Below, piece by piece: positions 26,256 to 40,399 of a DNA stretch of 64,000 nt. Positions within the stretch are counted from its first letter, which is position 1, and each line of letters starts with the position of its first letter. The notes beneath the pieces are model-generated. The model saw nothing but the letters and a program-made list of their open reading frames with translations. It ran no database searches and was not told the DNA's origin. This stretch comes from Lama guanicoe (lineage: Eukaryota). A program made the position numbers and the translations under genes. The DNA lies in assembly GCA_013239625.1 (NCBI GenBank), contig MU053810.1:5488071-5552070 (forward strand), written 5' to 3'.

Positions 26256-26429
26256 CTGTAACACAAAATACGTTTTAAACTTACTATTTAATTTCAGTAC
26301 ACATTTCATAATTATTATTCATTTTAAAAGTATGACTTCATCTCCCCCAATTACATTACATGTAGTTATTTTACTTACTTTTGCTCCTATCTATGTAATG
26401 GGAGGAATAAACAAATGAAGATGGTGGTT

Positions 26430-26556
26430 CTTGTAGATACTGACAGGCATATGCAGAAATGGATAAACAAGATTGTACTGTAGAGCACAGGGAAATATAT
26501 ACAAGATCTTGTGGTAGCTCACAGCGAAAAACAAAATGTTAAAAAATAAAAAGAAG
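26430..26556 (+). mobile_element. Short L1 3' fragment with internal deletion
   Basis: ggataaacaagattgtactgtagagcacaggg...; TSD gaagatggtg on both sides. Confidence 0.85.
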
Positions 26557-26879
26557 AAGATGGTGTTTTAAGGGGAAGAAATGCTTCATTGTTGGTCTGA
26601 AAAACAACAAAAACAAACAAAAAGAATAGTACATAAAAAGAGAACCTGGATACCTTGGTGAGAAATAAAAAGAGAGAAGGTTTTCAATCGGTAGAAGTTG
26701 GAATAAAAGACAGCGGTGCATTTTGTTGGCTAAAGGAGTAAAGTTCAATGGAAATGCAGGACCCTACAGGAGACTGAACTTCACAATGGATGGCAGTATC
26801 CAGAATTGAAAGAATTTTGGAGCTTGTGTCTTTTCCTTTGGGTTTCTTTTCCTGTTTTCTGTACTTACCTATTTTTATT

Positions 26880-27620
26880 TCCTGAATATCTCATAGATTT
26901 CTCCACTCGCCTTACCTTCCACCTCCACCACCTTAAACAAGATGCCATCATCTTTTACTTGGATAATTGTAGAAGCTTCCTAGCTGGTTTCCCTGCTTCC
27001 TCTCTGGCCATCTCCCAATCTAGTTTCAGCTCCGCTCCCAAGGTGTGTTTCAAAGGATGTCATTTGGCTCATCCCTCTTGACTATGCCAATGGAATCCCA
27101 TTGCTCTGGCTATAAAGATAAAAATCCTCAGTGTGGTGGTCCTCCTGACAATCATCTGCCTTTCAGTCCTCATTTTGTCCCCTCTCCCCCTCTTACTTTG
27201 TCCTCCAGCTGTTTAAACACAGCATTCTCCCTTCTGTCACAAAGACCCTTGTCAATAATGTTCCTTCCATCGGGGATGGCTACTGTATTCCCTCTCCCTG
27301 CCTTATCCCCCCTACATTAGGTTAACCCCTTCCCAGTGTTCAGACCTCAACTCAATAGCACTTCCTCAGGGATGGCTTTCCTACCTCCTGTGATTCTAAA
27401 AGATGTCTACTCACAACACATTTTCATAGTATTCTGTACTTTCAAAGACGTTACCGGTTTGTAATTATATGTTTATTTGATTGTTGATTCAATTTGCCTT
27501 TTTCCCTCCCTGTAGTCAAGGACCATGGTTATTTCATTTGTCCATTTGTCACTGATCCCTAGCAGACCTGTACATGGTGAACAGGAGTCCAATGATACCA
27601 TTGACTGAATGGATGAATGT
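26880..27620 (+). mobile_element. L2 3' remnant
   Basis: ccatcatcttttacttggataattgtagaagcttcctagctgg...ttgactgaatggatgaatg. Confidence 0.7.
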
Positions 27621-27632
27621 AGACACTTGGTC

Positions 27633-27746
27633 CTTTTTTTTTTGTTCTTTGTTTTACTTTTTTTTTTTTTTTGATGGAGGTGCTGGAGATCGAACCCAGG
27701 ACCTTGTGCATGCTAAGCATGCGCTCTACCACTGAGCTATACCCAC
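27633..27746 (-). mobile_element. tRNA-derived SINE
   Basis: gagatcgaacccagg...ctctaccactgagctataccc preceded by polyT. Confidence 0.9.
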
Positions 27747-28777
27747 TGCCCTGTTTTTGTTTTCTGTTTTACTGAAATTGGTGAAGTTTTTGGTACCCTT
27801 AAGACCATTAGGCTCTGAATGGTTGCAGTTATAACAACGTACATGGAGGAAGATTCCAGCAAGTCCACAGACGGACTGTCATGTCTGTAAGAGGACAGGC
27901 ACTTGTTTCCTGAAACCACAGCCACCGAAAGAGCCAGAAGCACTCAAGCAGCGTCCACTCTGACAAGAAAGCTTCAGTCCCTCTACAGGAAGCTTCTCTA
28001 GACATAGTTTCATACTTGATTATCAAAGGGTTTTCTTCTTACAAGAAGTACCTTATCCCTTGTAACTACCAAGTACCATAGAAAGTGAATAGTAAATAAG
28101 CACGAATTCTCAGACTTTATAAGGACTGCCCAGAAATAAATCTCTTGGGACTTTTAAAGTCCCTGGCAGTGACGTCATTGGCATTGATCGACAGTTATAT
28201 TCACTGTGTTGTTTTTGTCATTCATTCTACCGCTCACTGTCACTTTTTAATATTTTGCTTTTAATATATCTCGCCTTTTAACAACGTAGCAGATGTAACA
28301 GTCCATTAGGTTTGTGATTTGGCTACATGAACCAGTTAGTTTTACTGACTTGATTTGATTTGATTATTTAGTAGATGGACGTTTGTTGCGGATAGCTACG
28401 GGAGTTCAATAACTTCAAATTTCTCACTGATACAGAGAAATTGACTACTTTTTACAGGTGAACAGCATGGAGGTTTTTTTTTCCCTATTTCTTAATAAAA
28501 CCACTGATATTTTTCACACTTGAAGGCTTTGAGAATTCTGTGAGTCCCACAAGATCAAGTCTAAGATGTTCAAGGAACTTTCCAGTCCAGTCCCAGCCTG
28601 CTAACTTGTGCCTCCACTTATTCCTCGTCCCCTTTTCCTGCTTCTGTTCCCCCATCTCCTCCACAATTATGATATTCTGTGAATGAAGCATTCATTCCAG
28701 AAACTCTTCGAGGTACTTTTAAAATACAGGTTTAGCTTCTATAACTGGGATCAAAGTCGAAGTGACTTAACACGATA

Positions 28778-29248
28778 CAGGCAGGCTTCATTTCATGGTG
28801 CTTCTCAGATACCACATCAGTTTTTACAAGTTGAAGTTTTGCGGAGGCCCTGGGTCGGGCACATCTCTCGGTGCCATTTTCCTAAGAGCATTTGCTCCAT
28901 GTCTCTGTATCACACTTTGGTAATTCTCACATTTTCTTCACTTTTTCATTATTATCATATTCATTATGGTGACCTGTGATCAGTGATTTTTGATGTTAAT
29001 ACTATGACTTGCTGAAGGCTCTGACGATGGTTAGAATTTTTAGAAATAAAGTATTTTTTAAATTAAGGTACATACATTGGGGGTTTTTTTAGACATAATG
29101 CTGTTGCACACTTAATAGACTACAGTAGAGTATAAACATAACTTTTATTACACTGGAAACCCCCAAAACTCCTGTGACTCATTTTTCTGCAATATTGACT
29201 TTATTGCCATGATCTGGAAGTGAACCCTAAATATCTCTGAGGTTTGCG
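28778..29248 (+). mobile_element. Tigger1 internal-deletion derivative (Tc1/mariner MITE)
   Basis: TA-flanked; begins caggcag...tttttacaagttgaag, ends atatctctgaggtttgcg; both Tigger1 ends joined near 29005. Confidence 0.85.
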
Positions 29249-29884
29249 TAGAAGTTGGGTTTCTTTCGTGTTAGAGTCTTGATGTAAGCAATGTAGGGCT
29301 GGTTTGGCAGCTCCACAGTCCTAGGGACATTGGTTTTTTCTGTCTTGTTGCTCTTTTCTCCTGAATGTGCAGCGTCCTTCCGTCTACATGGCTGTCCCAG
29401 CTCCCAGCACTATGAACACCTCCATTCAAGCCAACAAGAAAGGGAAAATGAGAAAGGGGCAGACACGTGACTAAGATGTTGGCACGTGTCAGTTCCACTC
29501 CTCTCCTGTGGAACAGAAGCTGGTCACATGGCCGTACCAAGTTGTGAGCAAGGCCAGGGTATTTCTCTGACTTAGCCCAACAGCCACATGTCCATCTCTG
29601 TTACCCTAGATGAACTAAAGACTGGATAGTGAAGGGACTTTGAATCTTTGTCACTCCTACTGTGTATGTACTATGTATGTATGTAAGTCCTAGGTTTACA
29701 GAGATGAATGTGGACTGGATTTGGGACAGAGCCCAGTATAGCTTGAGTGATTTGGGGTCAATCCTTGTCTGAATGTATCATAAACATTGAATCTATATAC
29801 ATTCTTTACATTCTATAGAAACAGAATTTATTCTGCATATATTCTGGGGTTTTTTTTGTTGTTGGTTGTTTTTTTGTGTGTATG

Positions 29885-30662
29885 TATAGTTTTATTGAAA
29901 TGTAGTCAGTTTACAATGTTGTATCAATTTCTGGTGTACAGCACAAAGCTTCAGTCATACAAGAAAATACATATATTCATTTTCATATTCTTTTTCACCA
30001 TAAGTTACTACAAGATATTGAATACAGTTCCTTGTGCTATACAGTATAAACTTCTCGTTTATCTATTTTATATACATTAGTATCTGCAAATCTCAAACTC
30101 CCAATTTATCCTTTCCCACCGTCTTCCCACCCTGGTAACCATAAGTTTGTTTTCTATGTCTGTGAGTCTATCTCTGTTTTGTAAATAAGTCTGTCTTTTT
30201 TTTTTCCTCAGATTCCACATATAAGTTATATCATATGGTATTTTTCTTTCCCTTTCTGGTGTACTTCACTTAGAATGACGATCTCCAGGTCCATCCATGT
30301 TGCTGCAAATGGCATTATTATTTTTTATGGCTTAGTAGTGTTCCATTGTGTTCCAACTTCTTTATCTAGTCATCTATTGATGGACATTTAGGTTGTTTCC
30401 ATGTCTTGGCTATTGTAAATAGTGCTGCTGTGAACATTGGGGTGCATGTATCTTTTTGAATTAAGGTTCCCTCTGGATATATGCCTAGAAATGGAATTGT
30501 TGAATCATATGGTAAGTCTGTTTTTAGTCTTTTGAGGCTCTTCATACTGTTTTCCATAATGGCTGCACCAAACTGCATTTCCACCAGCAGTATAGAAGGG
30601 TTCCCTTTTCTCCACACCCTCTCCAGCATTTATTGTTTGTGGACTTTTGAATGATGGCCATT
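29885..30662 (-). mobile_element. L1 ORF2 C-terminus plus 3' UTR
   Basis: Minus [39 protein letters not shown]. Confidence 0.95.
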
Positions 30663-32964
30663 CTGTATATAATCATCTGTGCTTTTGTGTCTTCTGCCCC
30701 ATTGCCTGGATTCTTTCTGCCCCCATTTTCCACTGGATACAATCTACCCACTCTGCAAAGAGTAGCCAAAGTGTTCCCACCTTGGCTGAGTCTTTACGGT
30801 TCCTTCCAAGGACAGGTAGGACTTGTGCCATGGTGTTCCCAGAGCACTCAAATGCTGTGTTCTCTTTCCTCTGTTTCATTATCAGTGCCTTGAGGCAGGC
30901 ATGGATTGTGTTTTATTCATTTCCTACCTCCAGCACCTAGGACGATGCCAAGCAAATGGAAGGTGCTCAGTAAATTTTTGCCAAATCAGATTAGGGCCTG
31001 GCCTCCCTTCGTTGATTCTGGAAAGGCCACGTGAGTGGAATTTCTACTGAACTGGGGAGCTCTCACAATATGAGAGAGCTCATATTGTGTCTAATGATAT
31101 CATAGTTGATAAAAAGTGAATCCCAAGTCAAATTCAGAAGCGTAGAAGAGATCATGTTCCCAATGCTTTCATCTTATTCTAACTTTGAGTTGATGTTTAT
31201 TTTTTATTTTTATTCACTTACTCTAGTAAATATGTCCTGACTGAGGCTGATGAAACGTCCTTAGGAAAAAGCTTGAATGTGAATGATATGGTCTCTTATA
31301 TTACTTGCCATCTTTCTCACTATAGTTGATTCAAAAACCAAAGTGATAGCCTGTCTACTAGAAGTCTATCATGTATGATCCAGAAAATGTTAAGGTTTTT
31401 TTCCGGGGCTTCCTTCAAAAGGCAATTTGCAATGTGACTCAGATGTTCTTCTGCTTTATATGGAGGATTAATCTGTAGAATAAGGCCCTAGAATTTTCAC
31501 AGATTATTTCAATGATATAAATTAGTGCATACTAGTAATACTATTGCTTATGGTTACTTATAGACAAAACGCTTGACCACTTGGAGCCTCAGTTATTTTC
31601 TTAGTCAAATAAGAACAGCATGGAACTAAGGCAGGAGTATTTTTCAGCTCTAATAGCCTCTTAGACTATGAATAATAGTAATAAGAATAATATAGAGTTG
31701 TTACTTTAAATTGTAGGTTTTTCAGGAAGTATTGTTAAAGGGTTGAGAATTAATAAGCTTGCACTTTCCATGGAGCTAGAGAGCATAATGGTGGGAGATC
31801 TTAATCTGTGACATGAAATCATTAAAATATCTTCTGAAGCGGCAACAGTATATGGCGTGTTGGGGGTGTGGGGACAATCATAGCTGTGTCCTGCTGAAAG
31901 GCTATATGAATCATGGCTTACTAGAATGGTTGATACTGTATAAATGAATGGTTTTATCCCCAAATGCCTTAAACATTCATCTCTTCAGGTGTGACATGCA
32001 CAAGTCCTTTTAGAAACATTGTTGTGATCTGCTCAGTGTCTGCAAACTGTGTTGTTAGAAAAAGATGTAAATTGCAGCTTACAAGGAGTATTCATTTGTG
32101 AGATCTCATGCTTGGACGGCAGACTTATTTAGGATCGAAATCATAGGTGATATATTATCTAATTAATGAATTAGATCTGACTCAGCTCAGATTGGCTTGC
32201 CAGAGTTATGTTTATTTAATGTGCTTTACGTAGCAAATGAGTATTTGGCAGTGAGAAAAAAAAACACTCTGTGTAGCTGTAGTGGTTGAGTGAGTCAGGT
32301 CCTGAGGCCACTCCAGCCATCCTTTCTACAATTCATGTGAAACACGTACTGCAAGGCAAAGCGCCTGACAATTGGGAGGGTGGTTCTGGAGTCCTCAGAA
32401 TCCGGAGTGAATTAAAGTCTAGACTCGGTGCTTTTTCAGGGTAAAGGGAGGCGGGAGAAAGCACAGATCAGATATGCCCAAAGTCGTCCAGAGGCAACAC
32501 GGAAGCAAGGATGCTGTGGCTGGTCTGTGTGTGGTGAGGAAGGCAGTGAAGACAGAGCAGCAGCAGGAGCAGCTGCGTTCTCAGGAGTAGTAAGAGAAAC
32601 AGCATCAGAAGTCGGCCTCCTCTTGTAAAAAGCAGGAGACTGCAGGCTTGCAAAATGCCAGATTCTCTGATGTTTGAAAATCTCCCCAGTTGAGAATGGC
32701 TACCGTCGAAACATTGCCAAGACACTCTCATGATCCGGACAGTCACAACTGTGTGTTAGCCACAGTCATTTCAGGCAACTAAATGATACTCTGGGTAGAT
32801 TTCAGGTCAAAAGACAACTCCCCAGAGAAGAAGAAGATCTCAAATTACCCAAAAAAGAAAAACAGGGGGAAAATAAAGTTTGGGCATGCCTGCAGGAACG
32901 GTGGTGTTTTTAAGAGACTACCTAGGAGGCAGAAGCTAAGTGTTGATTTGCCCATGCCTCTTAC

Positions 32965-33267
32965 CTGGGAGTAGAAGGTGGGAAGAAATGGACAGTGGCT
33001 CTGATGAGAAGAGGAGGCACAGTGCAGCTCGGTGAAGCCACACGCTGACTGCATTCTGCACGGCTCTTCATGCAGTGCTGTGGGCTGGTGCATCGGAGGC
33101 GAGCACGGGTGTCCTATGTAAGTTTCTCTTGCTGTAGAATTGCAGCGAGGGGCTGGAAATACGATTCGTGTCTGTCTGGTGCATGTTGCCTCTTTCAGAT
33201 GTTTTTAATTCCTGTGCTGAGGATCAGCCAGAGAAGCAATCATTTGGACAACGAGTTTTCGAGGCAC
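32965..33267 (-). pseudogene. Putative decayed exon, RGSL1 first-domain-like
   Basis: Acceptor ctcatatacctcag, donor CAG|gtaaga. LLLWLILSTGIKNI*...ESYFQPLAAIL, frameshift, RETYIG...RMQSACG...FLPTFYSQ. Confidence 0.4.
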
Positions 33268-35049
33268 CTGAGGTATATGAGATGCTGAGATTTTCCGGAG
33301 GTGGCTTTTTTCTTTCTTTCTTTCTTTCCTGCTGTATCTTTAGTGCCGTGTGACTTTGATAAGGTCGGAAATAACTTGCACTGGGATTGTTGGGGAAGTG
33401 CATTGTCTCAGAGGTCTGTATCAGTTCAAACCAGTTGATATTCTTTTTTGTGTAGTCCTCTTTAAATATTTGGTGGCATGAAAGAAAACATCTTTTTTTT
33501 TAGGGAGAAACTCCACCGAGTTTGTCAAATTAAAGACAGGCACAGAGGCTATCATTAAATCCTATTTTGAACAGCTTCAGAAAAATAGTAGGTGATCGTC
33601 ATTTGATGGATGACACAGCTGTTGCAATAATGCCAGCGTTTATAGCAGCTTTATCATTCTGTGACGGTTTCACTGAAATAGCCCTTATTTCATGGACCTG
33701 CTGTGTTTTGCAAAATGGCTGTCTGAGTATTAAATTCTACAAGGCAGGCTTACACAAACACTGAAGTATCACTACTTAAGATGATTGGATGCTAATTGAA
33801 ATCTGCTGTGCAGTATGCTAGCCGACAAGCGCAGAGGAAGCTGCCTTTATTTCATACTCCTTTTGCATGTGGCTACTTTATTTTGAGGGAGTGATGTGAA
33901 AGGGAACAAGAGGTTTATGCGGGCTAGACAAACTGCAGGGCTGAATTGCTTGACACTGATTTGCAATTCCTGGCTGCAAAGCAAATAGAAAATCTACAAA
34001 GAGCACTAATCAATACTTCAGGGTAGAGTGCAAAGAAATCTGTGACCTTGGGAAATTGGCCACTACAAGAGATATATGTGATGCTTCCAGGACAAACAAG
34101 GTCAAAATCTGATCGGATCTACATAATAAAGTTGGAGGGTCGGGGGTGGAGGAGGTGGGAAAGGGCTAACTATATTCCTAGCCAATCTTAAAGATAAAAT
34201 TCAATTTTATTAAATAGATAAAAGCATCAAAAGCCCCTTTAACTGAAAGATTTTTGTAATGATTCTCTATTCAGTGCCATTTGTCTTTTGAATGCAACAG
34301 TTGATACTTAAGGAATAAATGTAGTACTGAGGTAACCAGCAAAGATTTTTAAAGACAACATATACAAGAATCGGGTTTTTTTTCCCAGCAGGAAAATTAA
34401 GTGCTTTTTAATAGGATTTGGGAATAAGTATTAGCAAGTTTTTAAAGTATAAAATTATCCACATAAAGAAAATCTTAAATTAAAAAATAGAAATAATTTG
34501 AAAATTTAAAATCCATGTTTTTATAGATGCTGAAGATTGACAATTCCCCAGTTTTACATATTTCTGTTTATTCTTACATAATGAATTGGAAGAAATCTAT
34601 TGTAACGTAGCCTACTGAATAGAGGAATTCTGAAGCAAAGCCTCATACAAAGCAATCATTTTCACCCAACTTAATTTTGTCCTTTTTCCTGACACTGAAC
34701 ATGTAAATAAGTAGAAGAAACCCCCACCAAACTGTATTTTCTGTAGTCTTGACAGAAAAGTTAGAAGATCTGGTTCACCTGCTAATTCTCAAACTTTTTT
34801 TACCCTGTGTTTTGGTTAAGGAACCACAAAAGCATATGGCACAAATATAGCTTGAAGATAAAAGAAATTCATATACCTTGGTCACTAGAAATAAATTTAT
34901 CCTTTATTTTTAAAACACTGACCTTTCAGGAACTCTCACCTGTCACTCACCCACCTGCAGCATTTTTCAGTCCCTTTTCCCTGGCAGTTTCATATATGGA
35001 TTGTGGTTGTCTTTATAGGTAGTCAACCCAGTGCCGTAGCAAGTTCAGT

Positions 35050-35340
35050 CTGAAACTGATTTATTTCCTCGGAGGAAAAGAACCCTCTATGTATGTATCT
35101 GGCAGTGGGAGCACTAATTTGCCTGCAAAGCAGACAACACATGGAGTCTGGAAGATGCTTGTTGAATAAACTGGTGGACCACAGGGCAAAGGGCACCCAG
35201 GCCCCTGTGGAACACTAGTGATGGGGACCTTGTCCACGAACTGGACTGTCCTGGTGTCCTTTCTCCAATTTAGTATCAATTTTATGCGAGGATGACTTAG
35301 ATCATGCCAGTACTAAATTCCAACAAAAACTTAGGAATTT
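35050..35340 (-). mobile_element. CR1/L3-type LINE RT fragment
   Basis: Minus ORF VPITSVPQGPGCP resembles the CR1 RT motif VTSGVPQGSVLGP. Confidence 0.5.
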
Positions 35341-36084
35341 AAATTGTGTACATCTATTTTGTGTAGCCAAATCAGAGTAGGCATTTTAAAATTAAACTTT
35401 AAAAAAGTGTATACACATAAAAATACATATATTAAGCATAATTCCTAATTCAGTTGGTACAGTGTGTGTGTATATGGATGTCAATCCTCCACTAGTTCTT
35501 ACACCTTTTTTTTTTAGTATGACAGCTTTCTCAAGGATTCCTCCTCCTCTCACATCATCTCTCAGAAAGAACATGAAAGTTATGTGGGTTTTGAATAAAG
35601 TTATGTACATATGCCATAGTCCCTCATTTCTAGGTTTTTAACCTTCTACAGCCCTCACCATTATCAGGCGCCTTCCCCTAACTTGTTTAACATTGCCTGC
35701 ATATTCAAAAATCATCCCCTGAGCACCCTGTTGGCTGCAGCCCCTCTCATTCCCCATAAGACTTGCTGCGTAAGCCTCTCTTTTTGGCATTGTTGAGTTT
35801 TTAAACTCAAGATCTAGTCTTCATTATTTTGTTTGTGCCAAACAATCATTCCATTAAAACCCAGCATCATATCTCAGACGTAATTCCTACTTGTATCTAA
35901 ACTGTCATGCTATTTTTATTTTAGTAAATAACATGAAAATCTGTCAGCTGAATAAATACCATTAAACTTAAGAGGGTATATAAGCCTGTTAAGTTTCTGT
36001 GTGCATCTCTGTGCAACACTCCTAAAATACGGACATTTGCATGCTTTGCAGAGCAGAGATTGATACTAATTCTTTCTGGGTAAA

Positions 36085-36910
36085 CTCTTTATTGAAGTAT
36101 AGCATGCATGCAAAAAAGTGCAGACATCCTCAGTGTTGAGATGGATGAAAGTTTGCAGAGTGGACAAGTTTGTGTAACCAACACTGAACTCAAGAAACCA
36201 AGCCATGCCAGAAGCCTTATCTTCCCTTCCACTCATCAGTTGGCTCCCCCCTCCTCCATGGTACCCCCTAATCTGGCTTCCAACATTAGTTTTTCCTGTT
36301 TTGGAATTTTATACAAATGGACTCATTCTGTATCTTTTTGTCTTCAGCTTAATGTTGGTCATTGTTATAGTTTGAGATTAACCCCTGGTTGCATGTAGTT
36401 GTGGCTGTATCCTGCTAATTCTCATGGCTGTATAGTATTCTATTATATGACTAGACCATCATTTAATTGTCCATACTGCTGTTGCTAGGCATTTGAGTAG
36501 TTTCCAGTTTAGGGCTGTTATAAGTATAGCTATTATAAATATTTGTGACATTTTATTTTCTGGATGTTTAGGTATGCATTTCTCTTGGATATAAATCTAG
36601 GAATGAAATTGCCAAGTCATGGGGCATGTACATATATTCAGATTCAAAGTCAATACTGGTAAACAGCTTTCCAAAGTGATTCATTAGTTTACACCCTCCC
36701 CCGCGGTGGCTTATCAAAACTTGATGTTATTTTTTTATATTTCACCCAGTCTGGTAATTATATACAGATATTCCATGTATGGTTTTACTTGGCATTTCTC
36801 TGGTGACTAATGCAATCAAGCACCTTCTCTTATATTTACTGGCGAGTAGGATGGCGTCTTTTGTGAAATGCTGGTCCAAGTCTCTTGCCTCTTTTACTCT
36901 TAGGTTCTTT
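36085..36910 (-). mobile_element. Old L1M (L1MC/ME-like) 3' region
   Basis: ctttattgaagtatagcatgcatgc...ggcatttctctggtgactaatg. Confidence 0.8.
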
Positions 36911-37329
36911 GTCCTTTGAGGCCTTTTTTATTCAAAAAAAAAACTGACAAGGAAAAAAGGAATTGATGATGAGCACAATAAAATAATTAAAGACTAAACG
37001 GTCTATATAGATGTAATTAGAAAGTGGATGCAAGCCGACCTGGGTTTGATTCTTGATGTTTTTATTTATTTACTGTATGATAGCGGAGAGTTCTTTTTTG
37101 TTTCTGAGTCTCAGCTTTCTTTTCTGTATACTCAGTAAAAGAAAGAAAGCTTGATTTTTTTTTTTAAGAGTTAAAATGAAATGTTGTTTGTCAGCCCCTA
37201 GCATACTGCCCGATCCACAGTTGTTTTACACACACTGACAGCCACAGTGAAATGAGATCATGAGATGGAGGGACTACACTAAGAGAGCAGGAGGAGTGGT
37301 AGGGAGGAAAACCGTAGATAATTGCTCTT

Positions 37330-37812
37330 TTTTTAATTGAAGTGACAGTTGATTTATAATATGATGTTAGTTTCAGGTGTACAACATAATGGCTCAATAT
37401 TTTTGTAGATTATACTTCATTTAAACTTATTATAAAATGTGGGCTATATTCCCTGTGCTGTACAGTGTATCCTTGTAGATTATTTATTTTATACATAGTG
37501 GTTTGTACCCCTTCCCCTACTCCTTTACTTTACTCTCCATCCTCCCCTCCCTGGTAACCACTAGTTTGTTCCCTATATCTGTGAGTCTGTTCCTGTATTG
37601 TTATATTCACTCATTTGTTTCATTTTTTTTGGAGTCCACAGGTAAATGATAATAACATACAGTATTTGTCTTTCTCTGACTTATTTCACAAAGCACAATA
37701 CCCTCCATTCATCCATGTTGTTGCAAATGGTAAAATTTCATTTCTGAGTAATAGTCCATTGAGTATATATCTGAATTTATATATAGATATATACCACATC
37801 TTTTTCCATTCA
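37330..37812 (-). mobile_element. L1 3' UTR fragment
   Basis: TSD ataattgctctt on both sides. Confidence 0.9.
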
Positions 37813-38847
37813 GGCAAATAATTGCTCTTGACTGGCTTGGTTTCTGCCTGTTAGTTACTTAATACTCATACTCTTGGAAAGTTTTGATAAATAAATGGCT
37901 TAGATGGTGAAGAATGATCTATTCTATATCAAAGCACAGTTTCCTTAGCATATGAATGCCTCTGAACTTTTAGAGCATCGAAGTATAGTGAGATCACCAA
38001 ATGATGTTACTTTTTCATATATAGCCTAACTTCTCCGCAATTCAGCACTCTTGTTAAATTCTGGCTGTTCTGGTTACCCGATGCACATTCACATAGTCTT
38101 TCAGAGTTTACAGAATACTTTTAGGCCCATTGTTTCACTTGATGTTAAAGCAATCTTTAAGAGCACAAAAACAAGGCAAGTGATGATAACACCATTTTAT
38201 AGATGAGAAGACGTCAAATGAGAAAGTAGCTGTATCACCACAGGCTGCAGAATCTGACAGGTGCCAAGCTGAGATTCAAACAAATTTATTTTTATTCCAT
38301 GTACCATGTTTTGTTGATCTTGTTTAGAATGAGTTTTAAGTTAAAATAATGGGATTATAATTAAATTTAATTAACACTAAATTTTTGTAGTGCTTTTGAG
38401 TATAAAACTCAATTATCATTGAACATGAGAAGCATTAAAGTACCAGTAATAGAGATTTCTGGTTAGAAGAATTGTAGGTAATATGTTTTTTGAATTATAG
38501 TTTTTTTCCCCTCACAATTCATACTTTTTCCAAGCTACCATAATTGTCTTACTAGTGAAAATAAGTTTAAGCTACACACTTAACTGTTTATGTCCTGGAA
38601 AATATGTTTTTATAAATGTCTTTCTAAAAACATTTTTCATAAATGTTTTTAAGGCATCAATTTTGTTCTTCAGCAGATAAAGGACTAAGATTCATAGGTA
38701 TAGTAGTTTTAATACAGATATGCATATATGCAGATGTATATTATACACATATTTATATATCATATACCTTAAATTACTTGGTGATTTTCCAGCTATGTCT
38801 TAAAGTGTCCTTAAATGGTGATATTTGGCTTTTAAGACCTGAGTCTT

Positions 38848-39740
38848 TTTTTTTTAAGCATAGTTGATTTATAATGTTGTGTTAGTTTCAGGTGCACAGC
38901 TAAGTATATATACACTCTTTTTCAGATTCTTTTCCATTATGGTTATTACAGGATATTGAGTACAGTTCCCTATGCTATACAGTAGGTCCTTATTGTTTAT
39001 CTATTTTATATATAGTAGTGTGTATCTGTTAATCCCAAACTCCTAATTTATCCCTCCCCCTGACCTTTCCCCTTTGATAACCATAAGCTTATTTTTTATG
39101 TCTGAGTCTGTTTCTGTTTTGTAAATAAATTAATTTTAATCATTTTTTAGACTCCATATGTATCATATGAAATTTGATATTTATGGGATATAGGTTTTGA
39201 TATCATATGAAATTTGTCTTTCTCTGTCTGACTTACTTCACTTAGTGTGAAAATCTCTAGATCCATCCATGTTGGGGTAAATGGCATTATTTCATTCCCT
39301 TTTATGGCTGAGTAATATTCCATACACACACACACACGCGCGCGCGCGCACGCGCGTGTGTGTGTGTGTGTGTATCTCACATCTTCTTTACCCATTCATC
39401 TGATGGACACTTAGGTTGCTTCCAAGTCTTGGCTATTGTAAATAGAGCTGCTATGAACATTGGGGTGCATGTATCTTTTTGAATTAGAGTGCTTGTCTTT
39501 TCTAGATACATGTCCAGGGGTGGGATTGCTGGATCACATGGTAACTCTATTTTTAGTTTCTTAAGGAACCCCCCCCACTATTCTCCATAACAGCTTTACC
39601 AATTTGCATTCCCACCAACAATGTAGGAGGGTTGCTTTTTCTTCACAGCCTCTCCAGTGTTTATAATTTGTAGACTTTTTGATGATGGTCATTCTGACCA
39701 GTGTGAGGTGATACCTCACTGTAGTTTTGATTTGCATTTC
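38848..39740 (-). mobile_element. L1 ORF2 C-terminus plus 3' UTR
   Basis: MEYYSAIKGNEIMPFTPTWMDLE; TSD taagacctgagtcttt / taagacctgtgtcttt. Confidence 0.95.
39322..39375. repeat. Compound (CA)n(CG)n(TG)n near-palindromic microsatellite
   Basis: Direct inspection. Confidence 0.95.
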
Positions 39741-40399
39741 TAAGACCTGTGTCTTTAAAAATCAAATATATACATATTTTGCCAGGCCTACTCTTAAAGG
39801 TATTTTCTCAAGATATTGTTGGCTTTTCAGATTTGGGTTACATGTGTTTTTAATAGCTTTTAATTTTGGTCATATCAAAATCCTTAATTTGATCCTTCGA
39901 ATTTGTCAAGTGCTACTGATCCTTAAAAAAACTTTTTAACGTGTGTTAATTTTTCTGTGAAGTGAAAACATCCTTAAGAAGATACATGCTTACATCAGAG
40001 CAGTAGATCTCAACTTCAGAAATGATAACTATGAGTATTTAAAATAATTCATAATAAAAATGCTATTTGATGATATAATTTTTTCAGAGCTTTAAATTTT
40101 GCTTTAATTATAAGCTTCAGTACATGAGGACATTTTATTAATAGAAAATGAGAAAGATGAGCAGGCCTATAAATGTTAAGGCGCACAGAGGGGGAAGATG
40201 AAATTAAGCTAGCAATTTGCAACCTTTGGGCGTGTATTGAAAATTAGCCAGTTGATAAATTTTCAGAGATGGAGGAGCCTCCAGTTGCTTTAAAGTCTTT
40301 TCAGCTCATCTCCACGTATCACTCACTGCTTTTCTTCCCACTGGAGAGGAAGATTTGTTTATTTGCTTATTTTTAGGAAGATAACATTTTAAACTTTTG

